Shown: piece after piece, positions 63,009-64,000 of the stretch
Layout: each line of letters begins with the position of its first letter
Position numbering within the stretch: position 1 is the stretch's first letter
NCBI GenBank assembly: GCA_963677435.1
Contig: OY781945.1
Span: forward strand, 512,001 to 576,000
Direction of reading: 5' to 3'
DNA length: 64,000 nucleotides
Source of the DNA: an uncultured Aliarcobacter sp.
GTDB lineage: Bacteria > Campylobacterota > Campylobacteria > Campylobacterales > Arcobacteraceae
Position numbers and translations under genes: made by a program
Notes under the pieces: model-generated
Database searches by the model: none
Told to the model about the DNA's origin: nothing
The model's input: the letters and a program-made list of their open reading frames with translations, nothing else

Positions 63009-63502
63009 TGAAAGTATTTTATTTTGGTGGGCAAAAATCAGGAAAAACAAAAGCTGGAATTAAAAAAGCTTTAGACTTATCAAAAGATGAAAAACCATAT
63101 TATGTGGCAACTTATGATAACTCTTTTGGTGATGATTCTATGCAAGACAGAATCAATAAACATATAACTGAAAGAGAAGAAAATTTTTATACAATCGAAG
63201 AGCCAAAAGATTTGGTTAAAATTGTAGAATCAAATAAAACATATCTAATTGATTGTGTCTCTATGTGGCTTTTTAATAATCTTGAAAATAGTGAAGAAGC
63301 CTTAAAAACTCAGCTACAAAAGATTTGCCAAATGGATACAAACATCATTTTTATTTTAAATGATGTTTCTTGTGGAATAATTCCTTTAGATAAAGAATCG
63401 CGAAGATTTGTGGATTTTTCAGGACTTATTGGCCAAGAGTTAGCCAAACTTTGTGATGAAGTTTACGAGGTAAAATATGGTATTGAAAGAAGATTAAAAT
63501 GA
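63008..63502 (+). CDS. cobU: Adenosylcobinamide kinase / cobinamide-phosphate guanylyltransferase
   Basis: GGQKSGKT, YVAT, MQDRINKH, IDCVSMWLFN, NDVSCGIIP, RRFVD..G. Confidence 0.88.
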   Translation: MKVFYFGGQKSGKTKAGIKKALDLSKDEKPYYVATYDNSFGDDSMQDRINKHITEREENFYTIEEPKDLVKIVESNKTYLIDCVSMWLFNNLENSEEALKTQLQKICQMDTNIIFILNDVSCGIIPLDKESRRFVDFSGLIGQELAKLCDEVYEVKYGIERRLK

Positions 63503-64000
63503 AACAGATATTAAATGCCTTTTTATTTGCACTTTCGTATTTTTCTATAATTCCTGTTTTTGTAAAAAATATGGAAATAAACAACGAAACTTATAAATAT
63601 ACTTTAGCTTTATTGCCACTTGTTGGCGCAATTTTGGCTTCTTTAGTTATTGGTTTAAATCTTGGTTTAAATGAGTTTTTCAATCCTTTGTATTCAGCAT
63701 TTGTTTGTGCAGTTGTGTATCTAGTACTTTATGGATTTATTCACACAGAAGCAATCATTGATGTGGTTGATGCTTGGTTTGCTTCATATAGCGGAAAAGA
63801 TGCCTATAAGATTATGAAAGAATCAACAATTGGAGCAATTGGTGCTTTATATGGTGTGGCTTTTGTTTTATTAAAAGTGGGAATTTTAACTTATGTTTTG
63901 TATGAAAAACGATATGTTTTATTTTTGATAGTTTGCATTTTTTCAAGATTGAATTTGATTTATCTTCTTGGATATTTTAAATTTAGCAAAGATAGTTTTT
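63499..64000 (+). CDS. cobS: Cobamide synthase, partial (runs off window)
   Basis: Not in the ORF track. My translation MKQILNAFLFALSYFSIIP...LPLVG...GFIHTEAIIDVVDA...IMKESTIGAIG matches the CobS pattern GxxHxDxxxDxxD / IMKDSxIG. Confidence 0.85.
   Translation, partial: MKQILNAFLFALSYFSIIPVFVKNMEINNETYKYTLALLPLVGAILASLVIGLNLGLNEFFNPLYSAFVCAVVYLVLYGFIHTEAIIDVVDAWFASYSGKDAYKIMKESTIGAIGALYGVAFVLLKVGILTYVLYEKRYVLFLIVCIFSRLNLIYLLGYFKFSKDSF

Noticed and set aside
1..64000. CRISPR arrays, transposases, prophage or anti-phage defence genes
   Set aside because: No regularly spaced repeats or recognisable motifs seen by eye; very diverged elements could have been missed.

Overview
AT-rich bacterial chromosomal window, almost certainly from Campylobacterota and most likely an Arcobacter/Aliarcobacter-type genome (inferred from gene content and order, AHQWRQPL-type histidine kinases and Wolinella-type hyd/frd genes). 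From left to right: (1) a flagellin glycosylation locus with neuC, an acetyltransferase, a methyltransferase, neuB, orphan GT-like genes, two divergent Maf/DUF115 transferases and a short flagellin whose leader is GC-rich and structured; (2) trmA, a Suv3-like helicase, an ankyrin protein and the core run glmU-coaBC-uppS-prepilin peptidase-lptF/G-truA, then a PAS kinase/regulator facing a TRAP-TAXI transporter; (3) hrcA-grpE-dnaK with CIRCE and HAIR-like operators and a 123-bp TA-bounded palindromic element between grpE and dnaK; (4) a FIST chemoreceptor, psd, a GGDEF-EAL protein and a rimB-like/rimK/desuccinylase triad; (5) rhodanese, exported thioredoxin, dsbD, a plug-less TonB-receptor-like protein and TauE; (6) a contiguous hydABCD-frdCAB-fumarase-DASS-two-component respiratory block; (7) an archaeal-type cobT-marC-cobU-cobS cobamide cluster running off the window. 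I saw no rRNA, tRNA, CRISPR array or transposase. The best candidates for undescribed biology are the flagellin leader (structured RNA plus a 34-codon uORF), Neu5Ac-type Maf flagellin glycosylation, the rimK module, the palindromic element and the trmA leader. All protein calls come from motif recognition by eye, not database searches.
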